DNA of 20,402 nucleotides from a virus: UHGV virus genome UHGV-0166854; one strand, 5' to 3'. Shown piece by piece: positions 1 to 8,342 of this stretch (position 1 is its first letter; each line of letters starts with the position of its first letter). The notes under the pieces were generated by a model. It saw only the letters and a program-made list of their open reading frames with translations, ran no database searches and was not told where the DNA came from. The position numbers and the translations under genes were made by a program.

Positions 1-33
1 TCGTCGGCAGCGTCAGATGTGTATAAGAGACAG
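1..33 (+). other. Illumina Nextera read-1 adapter including the Tn5 mosaic end (library artefact, not genomic)
   Basis: Exact string TCGTCGGCAGCGTCAGATGTGTATAAGAGACAG at the contig 5' end; its reverse complement sits at the 3' end. Confidence 0.9.
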
Positions 34-191
34 GAATTGCAATATTCTGCAACCTCCGCCGCCACTTTGCCGCCACTTAAAGCTTTATACCACACAGACT
101 TTAGTATACCCGAGTGAAACGCTAACACATGAGGTAGTTGGAAAATTTCCGTATATGTTGTAATATTGATACGCATTATATGATTTTTACC

Positions 192-200
192 TGATATAAT
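192..200 (+). promoter_or_regulatory. Candidate extended -10 promoter element (TGaTATAAT) upstream of the 327-1136 gene
   Basis: TGATATAAT read directly; no convincing -35; AT-rich context makes chance matches likely. Confidence 0.2.
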
Positions 201-326
201 GTAATTATTAGCTTCAAAATTATTTTTGCACGAATCAGGTATTACCAAGTAGTTGTCAGTTTTTAAAAACCCAACATCCTAAAATTAGCATTGTTTTTTA
301 ACCACAAAACATCCACGGAGAAGAAC

Positions 327-1136
327 GTGTCAAAAAAGGATACAATCCAGATTATCGATATCAGGATGCAGAGACCAATCATAGCAAGAATAGAAGAAGA
401 AAATTTAAATTTGACATTGCAAATGTCAGATAAAGCCACATTATCTGGTGCGACAGTTAGTTTTTTCACCCCAAATAACGTTTCTATATTCTTATCCTCA
501 GCAAAAAAAGAGCTCTCAAAATCCAATTCTATATATAAAAGTCTTTTTGGAAAAATACACAAAACCAAACATAAAAACTTTAAAATTTCCGACAAAGACC
601 TGCCGAGACTCTATAATTACTTTGAATCAATTCAGACGGCCATTATTTCTATGTATACTGCAATTGAGTCTTTTGCAAATATATGCATACCACATGATTA
701 TGTTTATGAAAAAAACAATGCCAAGGGAATCAAAGAATCCTATAGCAAAGAGCTAATTGAGCGATATATACCAACAAGTGAAAAAATAGATAAAATCCTA
801 CCGTCTATTTTAAATTGTGATTCACCTAAAGGTTCAAAACTATGGCAAGATTTTAAAAGCCTTGAGTCACTTAGAAATGACATAATTCACCCCAAGACAA
901 CAAAGAAAAACACAGAAACAAAAGAAGACTCATCTTTTTTATGCATTTTACTATCAGATGACTTTATAAAAAAAGTTTCCTGTGGATTTGATTTGGTATC
1001 TTATTTTTGCAAACAAGACACTACTCATAGTCTTTTCCCAATGGGTTTCGGTGAAATTGAACTTAAACCTGTCCCAATTAAAGCCGGTGACTTTGAAAAA
1101 GTTGATGATCATGATGAAATAGAATTACCATCATAA
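327..1136 (+). CDS. AT-rich hypothetical protein (269 aa from GTG 327) with a single RNxxxH (HEPN-like) motif; possible abortive-infection type RNase
   Basis: Long ORF (track 291-1136, TTG); GGAG at 317-320 precedes GTG 327 by 6 nt. Lys-rich, low-GC coding sequence. Motif R-N-D-I-I-H encoded at 873-890. No homolog recalled. Confidence 0.55.
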   Translation: MSKKDTIQIIDIRMQRPIIARIEEENLNLTLQMSDKATLSGATVSFFTPNNVSIFLSSAKKELSKSNSIYKSLFGKIHKTKHKNFKISDKDLPRLYNYFESIQTAIISMYTAIESFANICIPHDYVYEKNNAKGIKESYSKELIERYIPTSEKIDKILPSILNCDSPKGSKLWQDFKSLESLRNDIIHPKTTKKNTETKEDSSFLCILLSDDFIKKVSCGFDLVSYFCKQDTTHSLFPMGFGEIELKPVPIKAGDFEKVDDHDEIELPS

Positions 1137-1149
1137 CAAAAAAACACAA

Positions 1150-1180
1150 ACCATAAAGACGGCCATAGGTGGTCTTTATG
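1150..1180. terminator. Stem-loop between convergent genes (10-bp stem ccataaagac/gtctttatgg, 11-nt loop); T-run follows on the minus strand, so likely terminator for int
   Basis: Inverted repeat read directly; minus-strand downstream sequence is ttgtgtttttttg. Confidence 0.4.
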
Positions 1181-1252
1181 GTTTACAATAGACGCAGCCG
1201 TTATTAAATTTAAATCCAACAGCGTTAAAATAAACTAACAATATACGCATAA

Positions 1253-2293
1253 TTAATCTTTCCATTTAAAACCATTACATAATGTTAAAGGATTAAATGT
1301 TACAGCCTCCTCAAGATGATCCGGGGAGAAATGTGCATACTTCATAGTTTCACGAATATTCGCATGACCGAGTATACGTTGCAGCACAAGAATATTCCCG
1401 CCATTCATCATAAAATGAGCGCCGAAGGTATGACGCAGAACGTGTGTCTTTTGCCCTTCCGTCAGTTCGATATCCGTTAGTTTGAGCATCTTTTTAAACT
1501 CCTGATAGCAAGGCTTAAACATCTTTCCCTGCCTTTCAGATAATTCGTCATACAACCATTTTGGGATCGGAACGGTTCGATTCTTTTTCCCTTTCGTTTT
1601 GGTGAAGGTCAGTTTATGTGGCGAGAGCTGGGGACGTGTCAACCTCTCAGCCTCACCCCATCTAGCACCTGTTGCAAGACAAATCTTAACAATCATGGTG
1701 AGGTCTTCTTTTCCGTATTGCTCGCATGCCTGAAACAATTTCGGAATTTGAGACAAAGTGAGCCAAGACATTTCTTTCTCGGCTTCCTTGAAAACACGGA
1801 CTCCATCAAGTGGATTTGGTAAGCTCCACTCCCCTAGCCTTTTGAGCTCATTAAATACAGCCTCAAGATATTGTTGCTCACGATTGACAGTTATCGGTTT
1901 AGCAATCCATTTTGCCGGGTCTTTATGATAGCCATTATCTATCTCCCCCCGAAGTCGGCGGTCACGGTAATGAGCCCAATCTTTAGCAGTAAGGCGGGAT
2001 GCAATAGGGTCGCCAAGTCCATTACACACGATTTGAAGTTTAGCTAACCGCGACTTACTGGCGACCAGTGCCTGTCCGTGTAAATTATGCCAAAGCTGGA
2101 TAATCTCACTTAAGCGTCGGCGGTCTTCTTTCTTGCCGAGCCACGGCTTATCCTCACTCTCACTTTTCGTAAATGCTTCGAATGCCTCGGCCTCACCTTT
2201 GGTATTGAATTGCCGACGTATACGCCGCCCTTCTCGACCATTTGGATAGAGCTCGCATAACCATTTGCCATTTTTTTGCTTACTTACAGTCAT
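1253..2293 (-). CDS. int: Tyrosine recombinase, P2/186-family phage integrase
   Basis: 346-aa ORF; N-terminus (KNGKWLCELYPNGREGRRIRRQF..GEAEAFE) and C-terminal HxxR...Y region (VLRHTFGAHF...MKYAHF) typical of P2-like integrases; last gene of the cI-orf-int leftward operon. Confidence 0.93.
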   Translation of the reverse strand: MTVSKQKNGKWLCELYPNGREGRRIRRQFNTKGEAEAFEAFTKSESEDKPWLGKKEDRRRLSEIIQLWHNLHGQALVASKSRLAKLQIVCNGLGDPIASRLTAKDWAHYRDRRLRGEIDNGYHKDPAKWIAKPITVNREQQYLEAVFNELKRLGEWSLPNPLDGVRVFKEAEKEMSWLTLSQIPKLFQACEQYGKEDLTMIVKICLATGARWGEAERLTRPQLSPHKLTFTKTKGKKNRTVPIPKWLYDELSERQGKMFKPCYQEFKKMLKLTDIELTEGQKTHVLRHTFGAHFMMNGGNILVLQRILGHANIRETMKYAHFSPDHLEEAVTFNPLTLCNGFKWKD

Positions 2294-2315
2294 AATGTCA
2301 CCGAGGCAACTCTAA

Positions 2316-2654
2316 TTATTCCCAAAGTGCTGTTGCAGCATCCATTACAGGATCCAAAGGAATTTTTACGCCTGCATACTCCGGGCTATCTTTCCAAACA
2401 GTATCAATATTGCTCCCCTCAAGCTTTCCAGACTTTACTCCATCAATCGCAAAACCATTTAATGGGTATCGGTCATCTGTTGCTTTGTCGTACACAAAGG
2501 CATATTTACCGTTGACACAAGACACCGTAGCTTTTTCAAAAGTTAACGGCCAATCCTCACCAAACTTAGCGCCATCTAAATCCTGTGTTTTTTCAGCGGC
2601 TGAGGCTCCAAAAGAAAGGGTAAGAAGCAGAGCTAAAAAGAGTTTACATTTCAT
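2316..2654 (-). CDS. Small exported protein (113 aa) with N-terminal signal peptide, co-oriented between cI and int
   Basis: Start moved to ATG at 2652-2654 (MKCKLFLALLLTLSFGASAAE, classic signal peptide) preceded by AAGGGA; the ORF-track N-terminal extension overlaps cI and is rejected. Confidence 0.75.
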   Translation of the reverse strand: MKCKLFLALLLTLSFGASAAEKTQDLDGAKFGEDWPLTFEKATVSCVNGKYAFVYDKATDDRYPLNGFAIDGVKSGKLEGSNIDTVWKDSPEYAGVKIPLDPVMDAATALWE

Positions 2655-2662
2655 AATGTCCC

Positions 2663-3523
2663 TTACACGTGTTTTTCCAATGTGAAAACTACAGCCCCGG
2701 CAGGAGTAATGTCTGTAATGTTGCATTCAAACTCAGCAGACTTATTTGACAACCTGACTTTTCCACCGGGCAAGCGAATTACATCAAAAACATCAAGAGC
2801 GCCGTCGATATCAATTAACCAGCGACCATTACTTATATTCGAAGCAGAACAGTCGACAAGCCAAGAGGCAGCTACACCGTCAACAAAAATCAATTCCCCT
2901 GAGTTAGAAGGAATCATTGAGGGGTCAGGATGCCACGTTCCTGCATCCTTAAGCTCACCAGATTCAAGACGAGATTTTTTAATAGAAAAACCAGATGTGA
3001 CATCTTCCCTGTTAGCTCGCATTTGCCCCTTGCCTGTTGCTAACCATTCCAGTGACGTATCGGTATCAAGAGCGCATGTAACAACAACATCACCAGGGAA
3101 AAAATCTCGCCTTACCCATGTGCTAATTGTGCCAGAGGAAATGCCGAGCAAATCACCGAGCTCCTTTTGCATGGTAAAGCCATACGCATCAAGAATCCTA
3201 CGCAAAACGGTTTTACCACCATTCGTCATAATCTCGTCATAAAGCTCTTTGCCTTTTAACTTGCAACTGGCTCGCTCGTGATTTGCATTTGCAAGTTCTC
3301 CATTTACAAGCCAATTGATATCAGCTCCCGTGTCAAGACAACACCTAACTATGACATTGCCAGGTATTGCATCACGCTGAACCCAGCCGCTAACGCTGTG
3401 TTTAGCGATACCTAGCAGGTCAGCCAAATCCTTTTGCATCTTGACCCCATAGGCTGACATTAAGCGTTCCAATACGCCGTTCGTTGCACTAACACGCCAC
3501 TGAACATCAAGCTCAGAACTCAT
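2663..3523 (-). CDS. cI: 186-type CI immunity repressor with tandemly duplicated N-terminal HTH domain (286 aa)
   Basis: Two internally homologous segments (LERLMSAYGVKMQKDLADLLGI..WV.RD..PG.V.V.C.LDT....WL..G and LRRILDAYGFTMQKELGDLLGI...) resembling the phage CI HTH domain, followed by a C-terminal domain. Sits divergent from the apl/cII operon. No LexA-like Ser/Lys peptidase domain seen. Confidence 0.8.
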   Translation of the reverse strand: MSSELDVQWRVSATNGVLERLMSAYGVKMQKDLADLLGIAKHSVSGWVQRDAIPGNVIVRCCLDTGADINWLVNGELANANHERASCKLKGKELYDEIMTNGGKTVLRRILDAYGFTMQKELGDLLGISSGTISTWVRRDFFPGDVVVTCALDTDTSLEWLATGKGQMRANREDVTSGFSIKKSRLESGELKDAGTWHPDPSMIPSNSGELIFVDGVAASWLVDCSASNISNGRWLIDIDGALDVFDVIRLPGGKVRLSNKSAEFECNITDITPAGAVVFTLEKHV

Positions 3524-3552
3524 AAAAACCCCTACAGATAATTTTATGGGTG

Positions 3553-3581
3553 TTTACAGAAAACTTTTTACGATCTATAGT
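3553..3581 (+). promoter_or_regulatory. Candidate sigma70 early lytic promoter (pR-like): TTTACA, 17-bp spacer, TATAGT
   Basis: Hexamers read directly in the cI/apl divergent intergenic region, about 60 nt upstream of the apl-like start. Confidence 0.35.
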
Positions 3582-3644
3582 GGCATTCATCGACCAAGAT
3601 GCACACCACTGCACTACATTTCAAACAACAGGAGATAATGCGAT

Positions 3645-4016
3645 ATGTCAGATGCAAAATCAATCTCGACGCACGACTCGCAAAACTCACAAAATCAAAC
3701 TGTGCTGCTAGATCCAACACAGTTTGATGCCATCGTTACCGCCATGCTGCCAGCTCTACAGACAATGATTCGCTCCGCTATGTCAGACACGATGACTGTG
3801 AAAGACTTCGCCGCTACTCGCGGTGTTAGCGAGCGTCTGGTCTGGCAATGGCTCGATGAGGGAGTCCTTCTCAAAGCTCCGACCAAAGACTTTTCCAACA
3901 AAGAGGAAGCTGCTAAACGAAGCCGAACCCTCGTAAACGTAAAAGCATGGCGCGATAAGCTGACTCAACAAGCGATTGATTGTCGCTACATCGACCAGCG
4001 CACCGCTCTTAACTGA
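3645..4016 (+). CDS. Apl/Cox-like HTH excisionase/transcriptional regulator (first gene of the early lytic operon)
   Basis: AGGAGA RBS 9 nt upstream of ATG 3645; HTH-like segment MTVKDFAATRGVSERLVWQWLDEG; position matches apl of 186. True start could be an internal Met (protein is longer than 186 Apl). Confidence 0.6.
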   Translation: MSDAKSISTHDSQNSQNQTVLLDPTQFDAIVTAMLPALQTMIRSAMSDTMTVKDFAATRGVSERLVWQWLDEGVLLKAPTKDFSNKEEAAKRSRTLVNVKAWRDKLTQQAIDCRYIDQRTALN

Positions 4017-4048
4017 ATTTGATTATGCAAGTTAGAGGGAATTTAACC

Positions 4049-4558
4049 ATGTTTGATTTTCAGGTTTCCAAACATCCCCACTATGACGAAGCATGCCGCA
4101 TTTTCGCACAGCGTCACAATATGGCGAAGCTGGCCGAGCGTGCAGGTATGAACGTTCAAACGTTACGTAACAAGCTCAACCCGGAACAGCCTCACCAGTT
4201 CACGCCGTCTGAATTGTGGCTGCTGACTGACCTGACCGAAGACTCAACCCTCATTGATGGTTTTTTAGCGCAGATTCACTGCCTACCATGCGTGCCGGTT
4301 AATGAGTTGGCTAAAGACAAATTGCAGTCTTATGTCATGCGCGCAATGCGTGAACTCGGCGAACTGGCGAGCGGCGCGGTATCTGATGAACGTCTGACCA
4401 TTGCCCGTAAGCACAACATGATTGAAAGCGTTAACTCCGGCATTCGCATGTTGTCATTGTCGGCTCTGGCTCTGCATGCACGTCTGCAGACTAATCCAGC
4501 TATGTCGAGCGTGGTCGATACCATGAGCGGTATTGGCGCATCGTTTGGTCTGATTTGA
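4049..4558 (+). CDS. cII: 186-type CII lysogeny-establishment transcriptional activator
   Basis: Translation from ATG 4049 (MFDFQVSKHPHYDEACRIFAQRHNMAKLAERAGMNVQTLRNKLNPEQPHQFTP...) closely matches my recollection of phage 186 CII; RBS AGAGGGA 8 nt upstream. Track start TTG 4019 rejected. Confidence 0.85.
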   Translation: MFDFQVSKHPHYDEACRIFAQRHNMAKLAERAGMNVQTLRNKLNPEQPHQFTPSELWLLTDLTEDSTLIDGFLAQIHCLPCVPVNELAKDKLQSYVMRAMRELGELASGAVSDERLTIARKHNMIESVNSGIRMLSLSALALHARLQTNPAMSSVVDTMSGIGASFGLI

Positions 4559-4565
4559 GGTGCGT

Positions 4566-4766
4566 ATGCTGAAAAGTGAACCGTCATTCGCATCTCTGCT
4601 CGTTAAGCAAAGCCCCGGCATGCACTACGGCCACGGCTGGATCGCAGGTAAGGACGGCAAGCGCTGGCACCCGAGCCACTCGCAGGCTGATTTACTGGCT
4701 GGCCTCTCTACTCAAAAGCGGGGGGGATCATGGCTATCGAAGCTGTTTCCGCGACTGTTCCGCTAA
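4566..4766 (+). CDS. Hypothetical small early protein (66 aa)
   Basis: ATG 4566 preceded by GAGG; overlaps the start of the next ORF by 37 nt. Coding status uncertain. Confidence 0.35.
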   Translation: MLKSEPSFASLLVKQSPGMHYGHGWIAGKDGKRWHPSHSQADLLAGLSTQKRGGSWLSKLFPRLFR

Positions 4767-5068
4767 AAGCGGGTGAACGTCTGGCCGGTCTCAATCATGT
4801 TGCCGAATTGCGCGCGAGATATTGGGGCGATAGCTGGAAAGAGGTTGAACGTTTTGTCGATGATATGCGCGATAAACGTGACCCACAATTTGAAGAAAAT
4901 AATCGGGCGCTGGCCGCTATTTTCTTTCTGGCAAAAATACCGGCGGCTCGTCATGAACTCGAATTAAGTGAGCTGACTACTGACGAGAAAAAGGCGCTTA
5001 TTACAGCGATGAATCATTTTCGTGCAGTAGTGAGCTTATTTCCCAAACGGCTAACCATGCCGAATTAA
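4730..5068 (+). CDS. Hypothetical phage early protein (112 aa)
   Basis: ORF in the early operon, same strand and GC-rich codon usage as neighbours. Confidence 0.6.
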   Translation: MAIEAVSATVPLKAGERLAGLNHVAELRARYWGDSWKEVERFVDDMRDKRDPQFEENNRALAAIFFLAKIPAARHELELSELTTDEKKALITAMNHFRAVVSLFPKRLTMPN

Positions 5069-5135
5069 TCCAAACAGAAATTTAATGGCGTAAACCCGCC
5101 GGGCATCTTATTGCCCGAAATCAGGAGAGTTAATT

Positions 5136-5363
5136 ATGCGTAATACCGAAATCCGTAGTTTTAACACTGATAGCGATGCGCTGGCCGTATTGCTGACCGA
5201 TGCAAAAAAAGAAGAGCGTAAAGACCGCGCGCTCGCTGTTTCCATCCGCCTTGAGGCGCTGGCTATCCATATTACCAGAGAGGGAATGAGCGGCACCGAA
5301 GCTGCCGAACTGCTGCGCCGTGAAGCAACCCGCTTTGAGAATGAATCACAGGAGCTGCACTAA
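5136..5363 (+). CDS. Hypothetical phage early protein (75 aa)
   Basis: AGGAGA RBS 8 nt upstream of ATG 5136; stop overlaps the next start (TAATG). Confidence 0.65.
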   Translation: MRNTEIRSFNTDSDALAVLLTDAKKEERKDRALAVSIRLEALAIHITREGMSGTEAAELLRREATRFENESQELH

Positions 5364-5584
5364 TGGCCGACGCAATGGATTTAGCACAACTGCGCGAGCA
5401 GGAAGACCGCGAACGCCACATCAGCAACGCACGCACCCGTATCGCTGCACCTTCCCGTTTTCTTTGCGAGGAATGTGACGCACCAATCCCGGAAGCTCGC
5501 CGCATTGCGATTCCGGGCGTGGCTTTTTGCGTAACCTGCCAGCAAATCGCAGAGCTAAAAAACAAACACTATCGGGGGGTATAA
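5363..5584 (+). CDS. TraR/DksA-family C4 zinc-finger protein
   Basis: 73 aa with CxxC...CxxC (CEEC...CVTC) spaced as in the TraR/DksA zinc finger; commonly just upstream of gene A in P2-like prophages. Confidence 0.8.
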   Translation: MADAMDLAQLREQEDRERHISNARTRIAAPSRFLCEECDAPIPEARRIAIPGVAFCVTCQQIAELKNKHYRGV

Positions 5585-5585
5585 A

Positions 5586-7808
5586 TTGGCTGTTCAATTC
5601 GCTTATCCGTGGAACGTCCCACGGTCGGCAATCTCCAGCCCATACCTTACTTATGAGCAACAGCAAAGCCGCGACCGTATGTTCGCGGCTTTGCTGCATG
5701 CAAAAAAGGTGCTTTCTCTCCAGCCCGACTGCGTGCGGTTAGATGTTTATCGCACTGCTGCGGTGCTGGAACAAAATCAGGGTAGTCAACGAGCCAATGC
5801 ATTTTTAATCAGCTTCTGCAAAAAGGCATTGCCGCGTCTTGAACTGGTCGCAAAAAAATACGAATGCGCTGGTATCAACAGCAAGGTATCAACCGCTGTT
5901 TTTGGAAGTCATTTTGATACTCAGCAAATGCAATATCTGTCGTCACGCATGGTTAATATGGTCGCCCGATATAACCGTCTCCCGGACATGTCGCGCGCTG
6001 ATGTTGACCTGTTGGCCGCTGATATTGCTAATTTCATTCGTGGTGAACTTGCCAACATTAATGACCACGGATTCGGCGAGCTTAAAACGCTGTACACCTG
6101 GTATATTCGTGCTGGCTTTATTTCCCTCCAATTCAACGTTATCCCACCACATTGGGAGCGGGTTGAAAAAAAATATGTCGGTGCGGATGAAATCGCACCG
6201 GCTATCGCCAAAATGTTTAACGATGGGTGGTGGCGCGGTCTTTTGCGCCGTGTAGCAGCTACGTGGCGCGAACACCTGCAAATTGCAGTCGGCAACGTCA
6301 GTAAGAAAAAAAACACTTACGCGAGTAAAAACTGCGTGACTGACTGGCGTGAACAAAAGCGCCGCACTCGTGAATTTCTCAAAGGTCTGGATCTCGAAGA
6401 CGAAGACGGCAACCGTATCAGCCTAATTGAAAAATATGATGGCTCAGTTGCTAACCCTGCGATTCGCCGCTGTGAGCTCATGACCCGCATTCGTGGGTTT
6501 GAAAACATCTGTAATGAGCTCGGTTATGTCGGTGAGTTTTACACTCTAACCGCGCCGTCAAAATATCACGCCACGACTAAAGCCGGTTACCGTAACAGCA
6601 AATGGAGCGGTGCCAGCCCGGCTGACACGCAAAACTATCTAACCGGTATCTGGGCGCGTATCCGTGCCAAACTACATCGGGAAGATGTCCGTATTTTCGG
6701 TATTCGTGTCGCCGAGCCCCATCACGACGGCACTCCACACTGGCACATGCTGATGTTCATGCTGCCGGAAGATGTTGAATATGTTCGCTCCATCGTCCGT
6801 AAATACGCATGGAAAGAAGACCGCCACGAACTGAAAAGCGATAAATCCCAAAAAGCACGTTTCCACGCGGAGTCCATTGACCCGGAGAAAGGCAGCGCAA
6901 CCGGCTATGTTGCTAAATACATTTCAAAAAATATCGACGGTTATGCTCTCGATGGTGAAACCGATGATGAAAGCGGTGAGCTGCTGAAAGAGACAGCCCC
7001 CGCCGTTTCAGCATGGGCTGCGCGCTGGCACATCCGTCAGTTTCAGTTTATTGGTGGTGCGCCGGTGACGGTTTACCGTGAGTTGCGTCGCCTCGCTGAT
7101 ACCGAAACCGCGCACGGTCTGAGCGTTGAGTTTGCCGCCGTCCATGATGCCGCCGACGCTGGTGACTGGGCTGGTTATGTTAATGCTCAGGGTGGGCCGT
7201 TTGTCCGTCGCGATGATTTACAGGTGCGCACACTGTATGAACCGCGTACCGAGCTTAATCAGTACGGTGAGGAAACGGTATGTATTAAGGGGGTCTACGA
7301 TTCCTCCATAGGTGCAGGAAGCCCGATTTTAACCCGGCTCACTCAGTGGAAGATTGTTCCGAAGCGTGCTGTTGATTTGGCCGTTGACCTTCAGGACGGC
7401 AAAGCCGTCCCTCGGAGTTCTGTCAATAACTGTACGGGAAGCGAAAGCGATCCACCGATACTGGATTTAACAAAACCACTGAGTCGGCGTGAAAGACGAG
7501 AATTGACCAACCGACTCAGGAAGCAAAAGCCAGCAGTACGGCGAAAATTCATCCACGGAACGGATGAGCAAAACGCAGCTATAGCTAAAACTATCGATGA
7601 GATACATCTGACAACCGGCATTAATATCAGCCGGGGCGAAGCCCTGCACCTGATGGCCGGTGGTAAAAGTTGTTTTGATGGTAAATGGCTACGCGGAACG
7701 GCCAAAGGAGAAATATTTTCCGCAGCACCATCGCATGAGGCTAAAGCTCGGAAAATCCTTAATCGTGTTGCGGCGATGGCTGAAGCATCAAAACCAATAC
7801 ATGAGTAA
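5586..7808 (+). CDS. A: Rolling-circle replication initiation endonuclease (P2 gpA / 186 A family)
   Basis: 740-aa ORF with HUH-type motif (PHWHMLMF) and catalytic-tyrosine region (GYVAKYISKN). Start is TTG 5586 after a GGGGGG run; the N-terminus could instead begin at a downstream ATG. Confidence 0.9.
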   Translation: MAVQFAYPWNVPRSAISSPYLTYEQQQSRDRMFAALLHAKKVLSLQPDCVRLDVYRTAAVLEQNQGSQRANAFLISFCKKALPRLELVAKKYECAGINSKVSTAVFGSHFDTQQMQYLSSRMVNMVARYNRLPDMSRADVDLLAADIANFIRGELANINDHGFGELKTLYTWYIRAGFISLQFNVIPPHWERVEKKYVGADEIAPAIAKMFNDGWWRGLLRRVAATWREHLQIAVGNVSKKKNTYASKNCVTDWREQKRRTREFLKGLDLEDEDGNRISLIEKYDGSVANPAIRRCELMTRIRGFENICNELGYVGEFYTLTAPSKYHATTKAGYRNSKWSGASPADTQNYLTGIWARIRAKLHREDVRIFGIRVAEPHHDGTPHWHMLMFMLPEDVEYVRSIVRKYAWKEDRHELKSDKSQKARFHAESIDPEKGSATGYVAKYISKNIDGYALDGETDDESGELLKETAPAVSAWAARWHIRQFQFIGGAPVTVYRELRRLADTETAHGLSVEFAAVHDAADAGDWAGYVNAQGGPFVRRDDLQVRTLYEPRTELNQYGEETVCIKGVYDSSIGAGSPILTRLTQWKIVPKRAVDLAVDLQDGKAVPRSSVNNCTGSESDPPILDLTKPLSRRERRELTNRLRKQKPAVRRKFIHGTDEQNAAIAKTIDEIHLTTGINISRGEALHLMAGGKSCFDGKWLRGTAKGEIFSAAPSHEAKARKILNRVAAMAEASKPIHE

Positions 7809-7884
7809 TTCATATCCATATCATGCACATACAGCAATCGCTCTATTCGTATTTTTTCTTCCCATCTTTTGCTAATACGTGCTA

Positions 7885-7900
7885 CTGTATAAATATACAG
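7885..7900 (+). promoter_or_regulatory. LexA (SOS) operator CTGT-N8-ACAG, within near-palindrome TACTGTATAAATATACAGTA
   Basis: Near-perfect match to the LexA box consensus, about 20 nt upstream of the RBS of the Tum-like ORFs. Confidence 0.75.
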
Positions 7901-7921
7901 TAACCCTTTGGGAGGGATTTC

Positions 7922-8104
7922 ATGGTTGGCGAACATTTCAGCCGAACGCAGCAAAAGTGGGCTTGTGTGCAATTTATTGCCGAGGTATCTCTGATTACAA
8001 ACTGCAAGCCATCAGACTTAAAGCTCGCGCTCACTCTCATTGCAGACCTAGCAAACAGCGAAAATAACGAAACCGAAGATGATAATTTTTATAAGGCTGA
8101 TTAG
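7922..8104 (+). CDS. Small ORF (60 aa), possible N-terminal part of a Tum-like antirepressor; ends at an in-frame TAG
   Basis: GGAGGG RBS 5 nt upstream of ATG 7922; same reading frame as the DinI-like ORF that begins 3 nt after its stop. Confidence 0.5.
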   Translation: MVGEHFSRTQQKWACVQFIAEVSLITNCKPSDLKLALTLIADLANSENNETEDDNFYKAD

Positions 8105-8107
8105 ATT

Positions 8108-8341
8108 ATGAGAATCAATATCACGCTGGATAAAGAGCAAAAAATTAGTCAGGCAACATTGGATGCACTTGAGGCTGAACTGTACCGCAATCTTCAACCT
8201 ATTTACCCAAAGACTGCTATCCGAATTCGCAAGGGCTCCGCTAATGGCGTTGAACTAAGCGGTTTGAAACTGGACGAAGATAAAAAACGAGTAATGGAAA
8301 TCATGCAGCAGGTATGGGAGGACGATAGCTGGCTGCATTAA
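8108..8341 (+). CDS. DinI-family protein (Tum-like antirepressor C-terminal module)
   Basis: MRINITLDK...DALEAEL.R..Q..YP...IRI...ANGVELSG...DEDKKRVMEIMQQVWEDDSW aligns by eye with E. coli DinI; phage 186 Tum is LexA-regulated and, as I recall, has a DinI-like C-terminus. Confidence 0.75.
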   Translation: MRINITLDKEQKISQATLDALEAELYRNLQPIYPKTAIRIRKGSANGVELSGLKLDEDKKRVMEIMQQVWEDDSWLH

Positions 8342-8342
8342 C

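Noticed and set aside
448-756. Alternative-frame ORFs inside the left AT-rich gene (448-756 plus strand; 263-595 minus strand)
   Set aside because: Nested within the longer 327-1136 ORF; AT-rich DNA has few stop codons in some frames, so short overlapping ORFs are expected by chance.
2316-2726. ORF-track version of the exported-protein gene with a 24-aa N-terminal extension (MQHYRHY...)
   Set aside because: The extension overlaps the 3' end of cI; an internal ATG at 2654 with an AAGGGA RBS yields a canonical signal peptide.
7391-7972. 193-aa minus-strand ORF overlapping the 3' end of gene A and the LexA box
   Set aside because: Antisense to a confidently assigned gene, crosses the LexA-controlled promoter region, and has no recognisable features.
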